The notes beneath the pieces are model-generated. The model was not told where the DNA came from. It saw only the letters and a list, made by a program, of their open reading frames with translations, and searched no databases. From a virus, in the IMG/VR virus record IMGVR_UViG_3300042691_028354, positions 22,493 through 86,492 of that record: a stretch of DNA of 64,000 bases. The stretch is one strand, 5' to 3'. The translations under genes were made by a program, and so were the position numbers. Each line of letters opens with the position of its first letter. Positions within the stretch are counted from its first letter, which is position 1. This document shows, piece by piece, positions 47,534 through 60,263 of the stretch.

Positions 47534-49450
47534 GTGGCAAGAGTGAAGTTCAATGTCAACGGATCTGGCGTTGATGCTGAGGGCAAGGTCATTGCGGCGG
47601 GCCAAAGTGGCACCGAAGCCAACCTTCTGCTCTCTTCCATCGCCGCGCCCGGTACTGCTGTCTCCGGTGACCTCTGGAACGAATCTGGCGTTCTCAAGTT
47701 CTACAACGGCGCCACGACCAAGACGATCGCTTTCACCGACTCCAGCATTACTGGGTCAGCCGCCAGCCTGACGACCTCTCGCACCATCAGCCTTGGTGGA
47801 GACCTTTCCGGCTCGGCATCCTTCAACGGCACTTCCGACATCACAATCACCGCCACGATCGCTGCGGATTCGATTGCCCTCGGCACGGACACGACTGGCG
47901 ACTACGTCGCGACCATTGGCGGCACCGCCAATCAGGTCACAGTTGCCGGCGCCGGTACCGAAGGCCGTGGCGTCACCCTCTCACTGCCGCAGGACATCGC
48001 CACCTCAAGCGCCGTCAGCTTCGGCTCGGTCACGACCTCTGGTGATGTTGCGGTCAACGGTGGCGACATCACGACCACGGCGACCACGGCGACGATCTTC
48101 AACGCCAACGCCACAACACTCAGCATTGGCAACGCAGCCACCACGCTCAGCATCGGCGCAACGACCGGTACGACGACTGTTGAGAACAGCCTCATCGTCG
48201 ACGGCGACCTCACGGTCAATGGCACGACGACAACGGTCAACTCCACGACCATCACGACTGACGACGTCGTCATCACCCTTGGCGGCGACACTGCCCCAGT
48301 GGCCGACGACAACAAGGACCGTGGCGTCGAGTTCCGCTACCACAACGGCAGTGCGGCCAAGGTCGGCTTCTTCGGTTACGACGACTCCACCGGCAAGTTC
48401 ACCTTCATCCCCGACGCCACGAACTCCTCCGAGGTCTTCAGTGGCACCAAGGGAACCATTGACGTTGGCTCGGTCGAAGCCTCCACACTGTTCGTGGACT
48501 CCATCGAGATTGACACCACTGGTGCGAGCTCGGCCCAGGTGCTGGCCTACGACGGCACCAAGTTCGCTCCAACGACACTCGTAGCGGCATCGGTCTTCAA
48601 CACCTTCTCCGTATCCGGTCAGAGCGACGTCGTCGCCGACTCGGCCACTGACACGCTGACCCTTGTTGCTGGCACTGGCGTCACCATCACGACGAACGCC
48701 ACAACCGACACGATCACGATCACCAACGACGGCGTCACAAGCCTCACCGGGACCGCCAACGAGATTGTGGTGTCCGGCTCGAGTGGCGCAGTCACTCTGT
48801 CGCTCCCCGACACGATCAACGCCAACACGACCGGTTCAGCCGCCACCCTCACGACGTCTCGCACGATCAGCCTTGGTGGGGATCTTTCTGGCAGTGCATC
48901 GTTCAACGGCTCGGCAGACATCACGATCACGGCGACCATCGCTGCGGACTCCGTCGCCCTCGGCACCGATACGACCGGTAACTTCGTCGCCGGCATCACC
49001 GGCACGGCCAATCAGGTCAGTGTCTCCGGCTCTGGTTCTGAGAACGCTGCGGTCACCCTCAGCCTCCCCCAGGACATCGCCACCAGCTCTGCCCCGACCT
49101 TCGCTGCGCTCAATGTCAGTGATGGATCGACTTCTGCTCAGACCGACTTTGACTCGACCACCACGACGTCGACCTCAACTGCTTCCATCAAGAGCGTCAC
49201 CGCATCCTCGTATCGCTCGATGCGCTACACGATTCAGGCGACACAAGGAACGAACTACATGGTCACCGAGATCCTTGCTGTCCACAACGGCACCTCGGTG
49301 AACTACACCGAGTACGGCACGATCGTGATCGGAACCGCTCCAGCATCGTTTGACGTGGACATTGACTCAGGAAGTCTTCGACTGCTTACCACCCCGGCTA
49401 CGGCAAACTCCACGACATTCCGAGTTCACAGCGTCGCCCTGGCCGCTTAG
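47534..49450 (+). CDS. Thr-rich fibre/whisker protein
   Basis: LTTSRTISLGGDLSGSASF x2, DSxALGTDTTG, DDNKDRGVEF modules. Confidence 0.8.
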   Translation: MARVKFNVNGSGVDAEGKVIAAGQSGTEANLLLSSIAAPGTAVSGDLWNESGVLKFYNGATTKTIAFTDSSITGSAASLTTSRTISLGGDLSGSASFNGTSDITITATIAADSIALGTDTTGDYVATIGGTANQVTVAGAGTEGRGVTLSLPQDIATSSAVSFGSVTTSGDVAVNGGDITTTATTATIFNANATTLSIGNAATTLSIGATTGTTTVENSLIVDGDLTVNGTTTTVNSTTITTDDVVITLGGDTAPVADDNKDRGVEFRYHNGSAAKVGFFGYDDSTGKFTFIPDATNSSEVFSGTKGTIDVGSVEASTLFVDSIEIDTTGASSAQVLAYDGTKFAPTTLVAASVFNTFSVSGQSDVVADSATDTLTLVAGTGVTITTNATTDTITITNDGVTSLTGTANEIVVSGSSGAVTLSLPDTINANTTGSAATLTTSRTISLGGDLSGSASFNGSADITITATIAADSVALGTDTTGNFVAGITGTANQVSVSGSGSENAAVTLSLPQDIATSSAPTFAALNVSDGSTSAQTDFDSTTTTSTSTASIKSVTASSYRSMRYTIQATQGTNYMVTEILAVHNGTSVNYTEYGTIVIGTAPASFDVDIDSGSLRLLTTPATANSTTFRVHSVALAA

Positions 49451-49453
49451 TAG

Positions 49454-52081
<2,628 letters not shown>

Positions 52082-52090
52082 ACTCGACAC

Positions 52091-52900
52091 ATGAAGAACT
52101 ATCGCCTTACCTTCCCCGCAGGGAAGTCGGGCCACATCGCGGTGTACGACGATCTGATTCCGGCTGATGTCTGCGTCCAGTTGGTGCGTGAATGCGAGAT
52201 CAACACTGACAGATTTCATGAGGGCGTGACACTTGGCGGACCGATTAGTCACATCAAGTGCAGCCTAGATCTTCCTCTTGACCCGGACGGTTGTGGGTTC
52301 GAGTGGTGGGAGGGTTCTGCGGCGATGCTCCACGGAAGGATCATGCAATCAGTGGTCCCCGCGTTCAATCACTACCTTGAGACCTATGTGGATCTACACA
52401 TTCCGTTTCTGTTCGGAGACACGGGTTATCGAGTTCAAAAATACGCAAAGGGTCAAGGTTTCTATCGCCGCCACGTAGACGCAACCCCATGGGACCCGTC
52501 CTCCCGGAATCGCCTGCTCGCAATGGTGATGTACCTCAACACGGTTCAGCACGGCGGCGAGACATGGTTCCCCGATCGAGATGTCAAAGTAGAGGCCGTT
52601 CAGGGTCGCGTTGCCATGTTCCCTGCTGGGTGGACCTTCCCCCATCAGGGCATGTTGCCGCTTTCGGGTGACAAGTGGATCATCAGCACGTTCATCGTTC
52701 CTCAATCACTTGATGAGGCGCACGAACATCAACATCAAGAACACTCAAACCACGAGTACCACCCCGAAGAGACTCTAATCGAGTCCCAGCCCATCCTCCC
52801 TGGGACACCTCCACGGGTCGGCATGGCCGAAGAGATCATCCCCGCTATGCCGGTTGTTCCCTTTGACCAGTTCGACATGTCCCCGGACTTCACTAAGTAG
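52091..52900 (+). CDS. 2OG-Fe(II) oxygenase, prolyl-4-hydroxylase-like
   Basis: VQKY..G..Y..HVD, RLLAMVMYLN...GGETWF, FP..W.FPH.G, KWIIST. Confidence 0.88.
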   Translation: MKNYRLTFPAGKSGHIAVYDDLIPADVCVQLVRECEINTDRFHEGVTLGGPISHIKCSLDLPLDPDGCGFEWWEGSAAMLHGRIMQSVVPAFNHYLETYVDLHIPFLFGDTGYRVQKYAKGQGFYRRHVDATPWDPSSRNRLLAMVMYLNTVQHGGETWFPDRDVKVEAVQGRVAMFPAGWTFPHQGMLPLSGDKWIISTFIVPQSLDEAHEHQHQEHSNHEYHPEETLIESQPILPGTPPRVGMAEEIIPAMPVVPFDQFDMSPDFTK

Positions 52901-52906
52901 GGCGTT

Positions 52907-53983
52907 GTGCGAATCGCGGTCTACTCCATTGCTAAGAATGAGGAGCAGTTCATTGAACGATGGGCTGCATCTGCGGCAGAAGCAGACTTGGTCGTCCTAG
53001 CCGACACCGGGTCAACAGATCAGACAGTGGACATCGCTATGGGGTTGGGCGTGGCTGTTCATTCCATCACGGTCTCGCCGTGGCGATTCGATGACGCTCG
53101 CAACGCGGCCCTCTCGATGATCTCGCCGGCGATTGACCTGTGCATCGCGCTTGATGCCGATGAAGTGCTCCAGCCCGGTTGGCGCGATCACCTTGAGTCG
53201 CTTGATCCTGTCGTCACTCGGCCTCGCTACAAGTACGTGTGGTCCTGGAACGAGGATGGGAGTGAGGGCCTTTCCTACTCGGGCGACAAGATCCACAGCC
53301 GAAGTGGCTACCGATGGAAGCATCCAGTCCATGAGGTCCTGACGCCATCGCTCGGCCTCCAAGAAGTACATGGTTGGTGCGGACTTGAGATCCACCATCA
53401 TCCAGATCACACGAAGAGTCGCGGTCAGTATGGGCCTTTGCTCGAGTGGGCAGTGCAAGAGGACCCTTACGACGACCGCAACGCCTACTACCTCGGCCGG
53501 GAGTACTCCTACAAGCAGGACTGGGAGAAGGCGAAGCCCGAGCTCCTCCGGTATCTGGATCTACCCGGTGCGACATGGCCACCGGAACGCTCCGCAGCAA
53601 AGCGCCTTCTAGCCAAGTGCGAACCAGAGCGTGCGGAGTTCTGGTTGCTGTCGGCCGCCGCCGAGGCACCAGGCCGCAGGGAGCCGTGGGTTGATCTCGC
53701 TGAGCACTACCACGACACCCTTCGATGGGCCGATTGCTACTCCTCGGCCCTGCGTGCGCTGGGAATCACAGAGAAGCCATTGGAGTACATCTGTGAGGAT
53801 CGGGCGTGGGGGGCACTCCCGCATGACCTCGCGGGGATCTCTGCGTATCACCTTGGTCTCCCATCATGTCTTGACCATGGGGCGACGGCAGTGTTGATCG
53901 AGCCGTCCAATGATCGCCTTATCGAGAACTACGCCTTCTACGTCCAGCGATTCGGTATGGATGACGCCAAAGAAACGGTGTAG
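52907..53983 (+). CDS. GT2 glycosyltransferase with C-terminal TPR repeats
   Basis: IAKNEE, DTGSTD.T, WRFDDARNAAL, LDADE, RWKHPVHE, RNAYYLGREY. Confidence 0.9.
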   Translation: MRIAVYSIAKNEEQFIERWAASAAEADLVVLADTGSTDQTVDIAMGLGVAVHSITVSPWRFDDARNAALSMISPAIDLCIALDADEVLQPGWRDHLESLDPVVTRPRYKYVWSWNEDGSEGLSYSGDKIHSRSGYRWKHPVHEVLTPSLGLQEVHGWCGLEIHHHPDHTKSRGQYGPLLEWAVQEDPYDDRNAYYLGREYSYKQDWEKAKPELLRYLDLPGATWPPERSAAKRLLAKCEPERAEFWLLSAAAEAPGRREPWVDLAEHYHDTLRWADCYSSALRALGITEKPLEYICEDRAWGALPHDLAGISAYHLGLPSCLDHGATAVLIEPSNDRLIENYAFYVQRFGMDDAKETV

Positions 53984-54031
53984 GCGATCTTGCTAGACTG
54001 ACTGGTGCTTACTGGAACTGGAGAGACTCCG

Positions 54032-54814
54032 ATGACTGACATCCCACCCCTGGCCGATCCACCTCCGGCACCCGAGCCTCCAGCGCGTCCTCCTCGCCGT
54101 CTAGGCGACGAGCCGAGACAGATGGGTGGAGTCGGCTACTTCGAGAAGACGATCGGGGTGAACGACAACGTCGGCATGTTTGCCTTCACGGGTGCCCAGT
54201 GGATCGAGAACATGCCTGGCATCACGCCGGATGATCGGTGCGACATCGGCTCATGGGGCCCGGTGACCTTCCACGGGCCGACCGTCGGAACCGACGTTGA
54301 CTCCTGCTCCTGCGGTCGCGTGGACGCTGGCAACGAGTGGGTTGATGCACTGTGCTCCGGTCGCTACGTCCCTCACATGCAGAACAAGTGCTCACTTCAG
54401 GTCATTCCAGTTCCGCCCCAAGGGTTCATCTGGTACATCGAATACAAGGACTCAGAGAAAGAGGCCGAGTTCCTTCAGTGTCATTGGAATCACAACGCAC
54501 GAACGCTTCAGGAACTACTCAAACTCATGTTTGAGTGGCGTGATGCTTACGTTCTGCTCGGAGTCAATGACAACATCGCCACAACCGCGGATGCCGTTCT
54601 CACTGGACTTGAGGTGCCTGCGGATGTTGAAGAGTGGGTGCGCTCGAGTGTTCCCGACCAGTTTGTCATGCGTTTCCTCAATGGGGACGTCTCGGCACGC
54701 GAGCGGATCCTCCCGGTCCCGGAACTGCCCGATGAGGTATCTCAGTGGCTGTGGGCCAAAGTCATTGACGCACCGGCCTCGCTGCTGTCATTCGTGTCGG
54801 GAGCATCGTCGTGA
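54032..54814 (+). CDS. Hypothetical protein
   Basis: Track 54005..54814; ATG 54032 after GGAG; Pro-rich N-terminus, several Cys/His. Confidence 0.75.
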   Translation: MTDIPPLADPPPAPEPPARPPRRLGDEPRQMGGVGYFEKTIGVNDNVGMFAFTGAQWIENMPGITPDDRCDIGSWGPVTFHGPTVGTDVDSCSCGRVDAGNEWVDALCSGRYVPHMQNKCSLQVIPVPPQGFIWYIEYKDSEKEAEFLQCHWNHNARTLQELLKLMFEWRDAYVLLGVNDNIATTADAVLTGLEVPADVEEWVRSSVPDQFVMRFLNGDVSARERILPVPELPDEVSQWLWAKVIDAPASLLSFVSGASS

Positions 54815-55029
54815 CGACATCACAGAACATTCTCCAGCACCGGATCGCCACTGATCCAGCAGTGTCGGTTGAGGTCCATGAAGGGACGTTCACCGACGAT
54901 CAACCTGGTTACCACCTCGTCTTCCGGTACGAGTACCTCGGAGGGTACCGATCCATCAGCGTGAAGGACCGAGAGGTTCTTGAAGGCCTGGCGGACCAGA
55001 TCAAGGCGATTCTTTCTGCGCCCCAGTGA
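54811..55029 (+). CDS. Hypothetical protein
   Basis: 72 aa, GTGA-coupled. Confidence 0.65.
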   Translation: MTTSQNILQHRIATDPAVSVEVHEGTFTDDQPGYHLVFRYEYLGGYRSISVKDREVLEGLADQIKAILSAPQ

Positions 55030-55067
55030 CATCCACCGTGTGACTGCAACGGGATTAGACTGACCCC

Positions 55068-55238
55068 ATGGAGATCTCTGTCCAGTCGGGCGACCTCATC
55101 GAGGCGTTGTCGGAGCGCATAGCGACGATGACCATAGAGTTGGAAACTACGCGTCTAGCCCTTCGTCAGGCACAGGATGTGATTGTTGTCCTTGAGAGAG
55201 ATCGTCGCGAACCTACCGGTCCTCCGCCATCCCCTTAG
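55068..55238 (+). CDS. Small coiled-coil protein (56 aa; absent from track), paralog of 55464..55694
   Basis: MEISVQSGDLIEALSERIATMTIELETTRLAL; TAGACT 6 nt upstream. Confidence 0.75.
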   Translation: MEISVQSGDLIEALSERIATMTIELETTRLALRQAQDVIVVLERDRREPTGPPPSP

Positions 55239-55308
55239 GGGATCAGACGAAGCGGTCTGTACCGTTGGTAAGATCGTCACTCGGAATCAACATGCAGGGG
55301 AGGTACTC

Positions 55309-55413
55309 ATGCTCGCTCACATCACCATTGAAGAAATCCCGTTCATGCTGTCGATGGGACTCGCCGGTCTAGTCGGTGGCGCTGTCGCTTTCGTGCTGGC
55401 ACGTCGCCCCTGA
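55309..55413 (+). CDS. 34-aa single-TM peptide
   Basis: GGGGAGG RBS; MLAHITIEEIPFMLSMGLAGLVGGAVAFVLARRP. Confidence 0.6.
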   Translation: MLAHITIEEIPFMLSMGLAGLVGGAVAFVLARRP

Positions 55414-55463
55414 GCAGTCTCGGCCGTTGAGGTGGGGCTATACAGCATCTACACTGTTCACCT

Positions 55464-55694
55464 ATGAACATTGAGATTGCTTCACACGAACTGATTGACG
55501 CCCTTTCAGACCGTCTCGCCAAGATCACGGTCGAGCTGGAGACCACTAAGCTTGCCCTGAGCAAGACTCAGGAAGCGCTGGCTACTCAGATCGAGGAGAA
55601 CATGTCCCTTCGGGCACCGACACTCCCCGAAGTCATTGCGCCAATCAACCCCGCAGGGGTCCCGTTGGCGTCCGAGTCAACCCCTTCGGCATGA
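55464..55694 (+). CDS. Small coiled-coil protein
   Basis: MNIEIASHELIDALSDRLAKITVELETTKLAL. Confidence 0.75.
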   Translation: MNIEIASHELIDALSDRLAKITVELETTKLALSKTQEALATQIEENMSLRAPTLPEVIAPINPAGVPLASESTPSA

Positions 55695-56464
55695 GCCGTA
55701 CTGTTGTTTGGTTCTCGGCCGGCGCTGCGAGCGCGGTGGCGACGAAACTCGTCCTTGCCGAGAAACCCGACGACGTTGTCATTGCTTACACCGATCCCGG
55801 CAACGAGCATCCCGACAACCAACGCTTCATTGCCGACTGTGAGAAGTGGTTCGGCCAGGAGGTGCTGCGTCTGAAGTCCGCCAAGTACGAGGACTGCTGG
55901 CAGGTCTGGACAGAGCGCCGCTTCATCAACGGACCTATTGGAGCGCTCTGCACCACCGAGATGAAAAAGAAGGTCCGCCGTTCATTCCAGCGCCACGATG
56001 ACATTCAGGTCTTCGGGTTCACGGCCGAGGAAGAGCATCGAGCCGACCGATTCCGAGAGCAGAACCTTGAGGTTGATCTCCGCACGCCTCTAATCGAGCG
56101 TGGACTGACCAAGGACGACTGCCTTTCCATTGTTGAGCGCTCGGGCATTGAACTGCCGGCCATGTATCGCCTCGGCTATCGCAACGCGAACTGCGTCGGC
56201 TGCGTCAAGGGCGGCATGGGTTACTGGAACAAGATCCGGCGCGACTTCCCTGAGACCTTCGAGCGCATGGCCCTGCTTGAGCGTGAGATCGGCGCAAGCA
56301 TGCTCAAGGACAAAGGCGGGCGCCTATTCCTTGATGAACTGGATCCCGATCGCGGCAACCACGCCGACGAACCGTCCTTTGAGTGTGGTCTGCTGTGTGC
56401 TGCGGCGGAAGAAGAACTGCTTCAGGCCGAAGTCGAGTTTGCGGTTGAAGCCTGCGACGTGTGA
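55691..56464 (+). CDS. PAPS-reductase-like adenine nucleotide alpha hydrolase (phage type)
   Basis: WFSAGAASAV, EHPDN.RF, CT.EMK, ANCVGCVKGG.GYW, C-terminal CGLLC. Confidence 0.8.
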   Translation: MSRTVVWFSAGAASAVATKLVLAEKPDDVVIAYTDPGNEHPDNQRFIADCEKWFGQEVLRLKSAKYEDCWQVWTERRFINGPIGALCTTEMKKKVRRSFQRHDDIQVFGFTAEEEHRADRFREQNLEVDLRTPLIERGLTKDDCLSIVERSGIELPAMYRLGYRNANCVGCVKGGMGYWNKIRRDFPETFERMALLEREIGASMLKDKGGRLFLDELDPDRGNHADEPSFECGLLCAAAEEELLQAEVEFAVEACDV

Positions 56465-56471
56465 GCCGGTC

Positions 56472-56804
56472 GTGACTTCTACCGACATGATGTGGCACGA
56501 CGATGGTCATGAGGTTTGGCTTGAGCTCAACCGATCGGAACTGTCCGTTCTCGGAGTGAAGTGCCCTGATCACTCAACCGATGCGACGTGCCGGCCACGT
56601 GGAACCTGTGTAGTCGATTACTTCGTCACCGTCTACGGACTTGAAGTCAACGTAGGAACCTGCGAGCCGGCTGGCACCATCCCGGTCGCATGGTCACTCA
56701 TTGGTGATGCCTATGACCTTGACACCTGTCAGGTATGGATCATCCCCACGACTGATGACGTCTTTGCGGCGTGGGCCACGACACAACGGGCAGAACCCGA
56801 GTGA
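56472..56804 (+). CDS. Hypothetical protein
   Basis: 3' part of track ORF 56130..56804; start GTG 56472 or nearby ATG. Confidence 0.65.
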   Translation: MTSTDMMWHDDGHEVWLELNRSELSVLGVKCPDHSTDATCRPRGTCVVDYFVTVYGLEVNVGTCEPAGTIPVAWSLIGDAYDLDTCQVWIIPTTDDVFAAWATTQRAEPE

Positions 56805-57370
56805 AACTGCTCAATGCCGGATGTGGGACCCACTACGCCAAGGGATGGGTCAATAGTGATGTGTGGGTCAATCACGAGACCCAGCCCGACGTGGTGGTCG
56901 ACCCTGATGGCCGGTACCCATTCGTCGACGACACCTTTGACGGAATCTTCCTCGGCCACGTCCTCGAGCATGTGCCCTGGCCACAAGTGCCGGTATTCCT
57001 GCGCGAGATGAGTCGGATAGCGAAGCCCGGCGCCCACATGCTTGCGGTCGGTCCCGACACGGTTAGGACCCTTGAGTTGTGGAGAGCCGGGTCAGCACCG
57101 GACTGGCTGCTGGAAGCGGTGATCGAGCATCAGGAGATTGACCCCGAGGATCCTTCGATCCCGTTCTGGCCAGGAGCCTCCCATCACTGGAACTGCCACG
57201 AGGATCGTGTGATCGCCGTGCTTGACCATGTGGGCTTTCAGGGCATCCACTCGGTGGCAGATCGTGTAACGGGAACAACCGGATGGCGCGATCCCTACGA
57301 GAAGCGGATCACTTGGCCGGTGACAGCTTGGGCCAACTGGCAGTTCGCTCTGCGTTTCACCAACTACTGA
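56801..57370 (+). CDS. Class I SAM-dependent methyltransferase
   Basis: LNAGCG...GWVNSD, HVLEH, RIAKPG; GTG 56801. Confidence 0.85.
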   Translation: MKLLNAGCGTHYAKGWVNSDVWVNHETQPDVVVDPDGRYPFVDDTFDGIFLGHVLEHVPWPQVPVFLREMSRIAKPGAHMLAVGPDTVRTLELWRAGSAPDWLLEAVIEHQEIDPEDPSIPFWPGASHHWNCHEDRVIAVLDHVGFQGIHSVADRVTGTTGWRDPYEKRITWPVTAWANWQFALRFTNY

Positions 57371-57786
57371 GTGCTATCACTCACCTCATCGGCGGCCTTA
57401 TTGACCGCTCGGATGATCGCATCAAGAGCAAGACGTACATCAGGGTGCGAAAGCGTGTCTTCAACGCGCAGTCGGTAGCGGTTTCGGCCGGTCGAACGCG
57501 TCCTCTCCAGCAACTCGGTGCGGACAAGACGCGTCATCTGTTTGGCGATGGTTGATTCTGTCGTTCCGATGCGGAATGCAGCCTCTTGAAGCGAAGAGTT
57601 GGGATGGCTCGCCAGGTCGAACAACAGTCGGCCATGTGGACTGAGTAGCGACACATCGTCCCCGCGATAGGTGACAACGGCGTGCGCATCCAGGCATCGC
57701 AACACGGCGTCGACGACGTCATCGGGATCGGTGTAACCCGCGATAGCGGCCCGCAGCGGTTCGCTCAAAGAGTGTTCGCTAGTCAT
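57364..57786 (-). CDS. Winged-helix (MarR/ArsR-like) DNA-binding protein
   Basis: SLQEAAFRIGTTESTIAKQMTRLV..LLER..GRNRY. Confidence 0.75.
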   Translation of the reverse strand: MTSEHSLSEPLRAAIAGYTDPDDVVDAVLRCLDAHAVVTYRGDDVSLLSPHGRLLFDLASHPNSSLQEAAFRIGTTESTIAKQMTRLVRTELLERTRSTGRNRYRLRVEDTLSHPDVRLALDAIIRAVNKAADEVSDSTQ

Positions 57787-57858
57787 AGAGATAAGCTGTA
57801 AGCGTACTCGCTAACAACGCCCGAAGTGTGTCCATGTACATTGCTAACATGACACAGT

Positions 57859-58137
57859 ATGGATGGCGCTTCCACCGACGCAACCAGTGACACGGATTGG
57901 GGCGCCGCCCTGACACGGGTCAGCGAGCTCTCGGCAACGACCCGACGCTGCGCCATGGGCAAGTTGCTTCAGGACGCGCCAGACGAGTTCCGGGCACTGC
58001 TCGAGGACCGAATGGCGAATGACGGTATCTCCAGCCGCCGCATTCACGAAGAACTCGCCATCGCTGGGATCCGAGTTGGTCGCGACACCTTGTCGCTCCA
58101 CCGAGCGAATCGGTGCATCTGCATGGGGGACAAATGA
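57859..58137 (+). CDS. Small Cys/His-containing hypothetical protein
   Basis: RC...HR..CIC; coupled to the phosphoesterase gene. Confidence 0.7.
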   Translation: MDGASTDATSDTDWGAALTRVSELSATTRRCAMGKLLQDAPDEFRALLEDRMANDGISSRRIHEELAIAGIRVGRDTLSLHRANRCICMGDK

Positions 58138-59360
58138 GCAAGTACGAAGAAGCCGCTGAGCGATTGCGCTCACTCGAGGCAATGGACGAACCAACCAAAG
58201 ATCGTCCGACCTACCCCAGTGGATGGGAGCCGGGTGTCACCTGGAACGGTGATCACGGCGAAATCACCACCGGCACTCTGCCTGAAGCCCCCAACGAATG
58301 GGGCCACCTTCTCGCCGAGCGCGGTCTTGATCCGAACATGTACGAGATCGTGGGCGACTCGGTCCGTTGGACGTCCTATGACGGATGGCGTCGAGATGGC
58401 GCCGACGAACCGGCGTACTCGGCAATCTGTTACTCCTACAAGGCCGAGATCCGACTCCGCCGGCGTTCACTCGGCTTTGACTGTGAGGAACTCCTCAAAG
58501 AGCTCCACCAGGACAAGGCCCCCAAGGCAGTTGCGGTCAGGGCCGAGACCGACGCCACATGGCTGGTGAACCTGTCGGACTGGCAGATCGGCAACGCCGA
58601 CGACGGGGGAGTGCGCACCCAAATCAACGCCCTTGCCGCACTGCCCGACCTACTCGGCGATGCGCTCAAGCGTATTCAGAAGACCAACCCCGTCAATCAC
58701 ATCGTGGTCGCCGGACTCGGGGATCTCCTTGAAGGCACCTGTGGCTTCTACCCCTCACAGACCTTTCAGGTTGAACTTGATCGACGAGAGCAGGCCCGAG
58801 TTGTACGTCGGGCATTGACCGAGATCGTTCGGTCACTCGCAAAGAAGGGCCTCCCTGTCACCGTCACCGCCGTCGGCGGCAACCACGGTGAGAACCGACA
58901 GAACGGTAAGCGCTTCACCGGCTTCGGCGACAACGACGACGTCGCAGTGTTCGAGCAGGTTGCCGAGATCTTCGCCGAGTCCAACTACGAAAACGTCGGG
59001 TTCCGACTTCCGGCCGACCGTATGGCAGTTGCCATTGAAATGCACGGTCAAATCGTGTCTTGGACCCACGGCCACCTTCCCCGCCCGAAGGGCAACGCAG
59101 CCGAGACCATGTGGGGTTGGTGGAAGGACCAGATCATGGGTCGCTACTACCCAGCGGTTGCCGACGCCAACATCCTCGTCACTGGTCACTATCACCATCT
59201 CAACGTCAAGCAGCAAGAAGGACGCACCGTCTTTGTGTGTCCGTCACTAACCGCAGTTGGCGACTGGTACTCCAACTCAACCGGCGTACAAACCGTTCCT
59301 GGGACGCTCACGTTCCGAGTTGATTCAAATGGATGGAACAACCTCGAGGTGATCCGTTGA
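58134..59360 (+). CDS. Calcineurin-like metallophosphoesterase (Mre11/SbcD-like)
   Basis: SDWQIG, GDLLE, GNHG, HGH, GHYHH; ATG 58134. Confidence 0.85.
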   Translation: MSKYEEAAERLRSLEAMDEPTKDRPTYPSGWEPGVTWNGDHGEITTGTLPEAPNEWGHLLAERGLDPNMYEIVGDSVRWTSYDGWRRDGADEPAYSAICYSYKAEIRLRRRSLGFDCEELLKELHQDKAPKAVAVRAETDATWLVNLSDWQIGNADDGGVRTQINALAALPDLLGDALKRIQKTNPVNHIVVAGLGDLLEGTCGFYPSQTFQVELDRREQARVVRRALTEIVRSLAKKGLPVTVTAVGGNHGENRQNGKRFTGFGDNDDVAVFEQVAEIFAESNYENVGFRLPADRMAVAIEMHGQIVSWTHGHLPRPKGNAAETMWGWWKDQIMGRYYPAVADANILVTGHYHHLNVKQQEGRTVFVCPSLTAVGDWYSNSTGVQTVPGTLTFRVDSNGWNNLEVIR

Positions 59361-59581
59361 TGTGGGGCGGCTTTGCACTAGGAGCCGCCGTCACTTTGTT
59401 CGTGTTGATGGTGCTCATCACTGTGTCTGCTGCGGTCAATGCGACCAAAGCAGTGCAGACGCTAGAGAAACGCGTCAACGCAATGCAGCGCCACATCATG
59501 GACCGCCAGTTGATGGAAATGCTTGATGACGGCGCCATCTTCGACGGGGACTTCGGTAGCGACGAAGAGGAAGAACTGTGA
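59360..59581 (+). CDS. Small membrane-anchored protein
   Basis: TGATG-coupled; N-terminal TM, acidic tail. Confidence 0.65.
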   Translation: MWGGFALGAAVTLFVLMVLITVSAAVNATKAVQTLEKRVNAMQRHIMDRQLMEMLDDGAIFDGDFGSDEEEEL

Positions 59582-59895
59582 GCGACCGTCTCAAATACAT
59601 CGCGCCTCGCCCCGGAATCACCTCGGCGAACAAGCTGTTCAGAAATCGCAAGAAGGCAAAAGATCGCGGCTCGGTTGTCGAGGTCGTTTGGTGGGACGCG
59701 GTCAGCGTCGGTGCCGTCGACTGGGAAGACGAACACTCAGTTGACATCAAGCCAGCGCTTTCTTTCGTCGTCGGTTACGTCGTTGCCGACACCGAAGAAG
59801 CCCTGACCATTGTCAGCCTCGTCAACGAAGACTCCTACGCCCACGGCATCTGCATCCCGAAGGGGATGGTTCATGAGGTGCGTGAACTCTCATGA
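59578..59895 (+). CDS. Hypothetical phage protein
   Basis: VEVVWWDA...VGY...IPKGMV. Confidence 0.75.
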   Translation: MSDRLKYIAPRPGITSANKLFRNRKKAKDRGSVVEVVWWDAVSVGAVDWEDEHSVDIKPALSFVVGYVVADTEEALTIVSLVNEDSYAHGICIPKGMVHEVRELS

Positions 59896-60263
59896 CTCCG
59901 CAGTTCCCCATCCTCACCTACGCCGGTACTTCAGGTCACAGCCCGGCTGATACGTCTCAGGCTCGAGCGCAGTACCTCGACGCTTCAGGTATCACTGGAA
60001 GCGTTCAGGCAATCGCCTACGAAGCAGTCGTCGCCGCCGGCTACATGGGCATGACTCAAAAAGAGATCGCGGCCTGTGCGAACTTGTCAAACCGTACGGT
60101 TTCAAGCGCACTGACCAACCTTCACAAGAGTGGTCACCTTGCGCGACTGTCTCAGGCGCGCAGTGGATCAAAGATCTACATCCACCCACGCGAGATTGAC
60201 GGCCGCCAAACAGAGAACCCCGGCGCCCATCACTGCCCAGGTTGCCGGTGCGGTGAGTCGTGA
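59892..60263 (+). CDS. Winged HTH protein
   Basis: GMTQKEIA...TVSSALTNLHKSGHL. Confidence 0.7.
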   Translation: MTPQFPILTYAGTSGHSPADTSQARAQYLDASGITGSVQAIAYEAVVAAGYMGMTQKEIAACANLSNRTVSSALTNLHKSGHLARLSQARSGSKIYIHPREIDGRQTENPGAHHCPGCRCGES

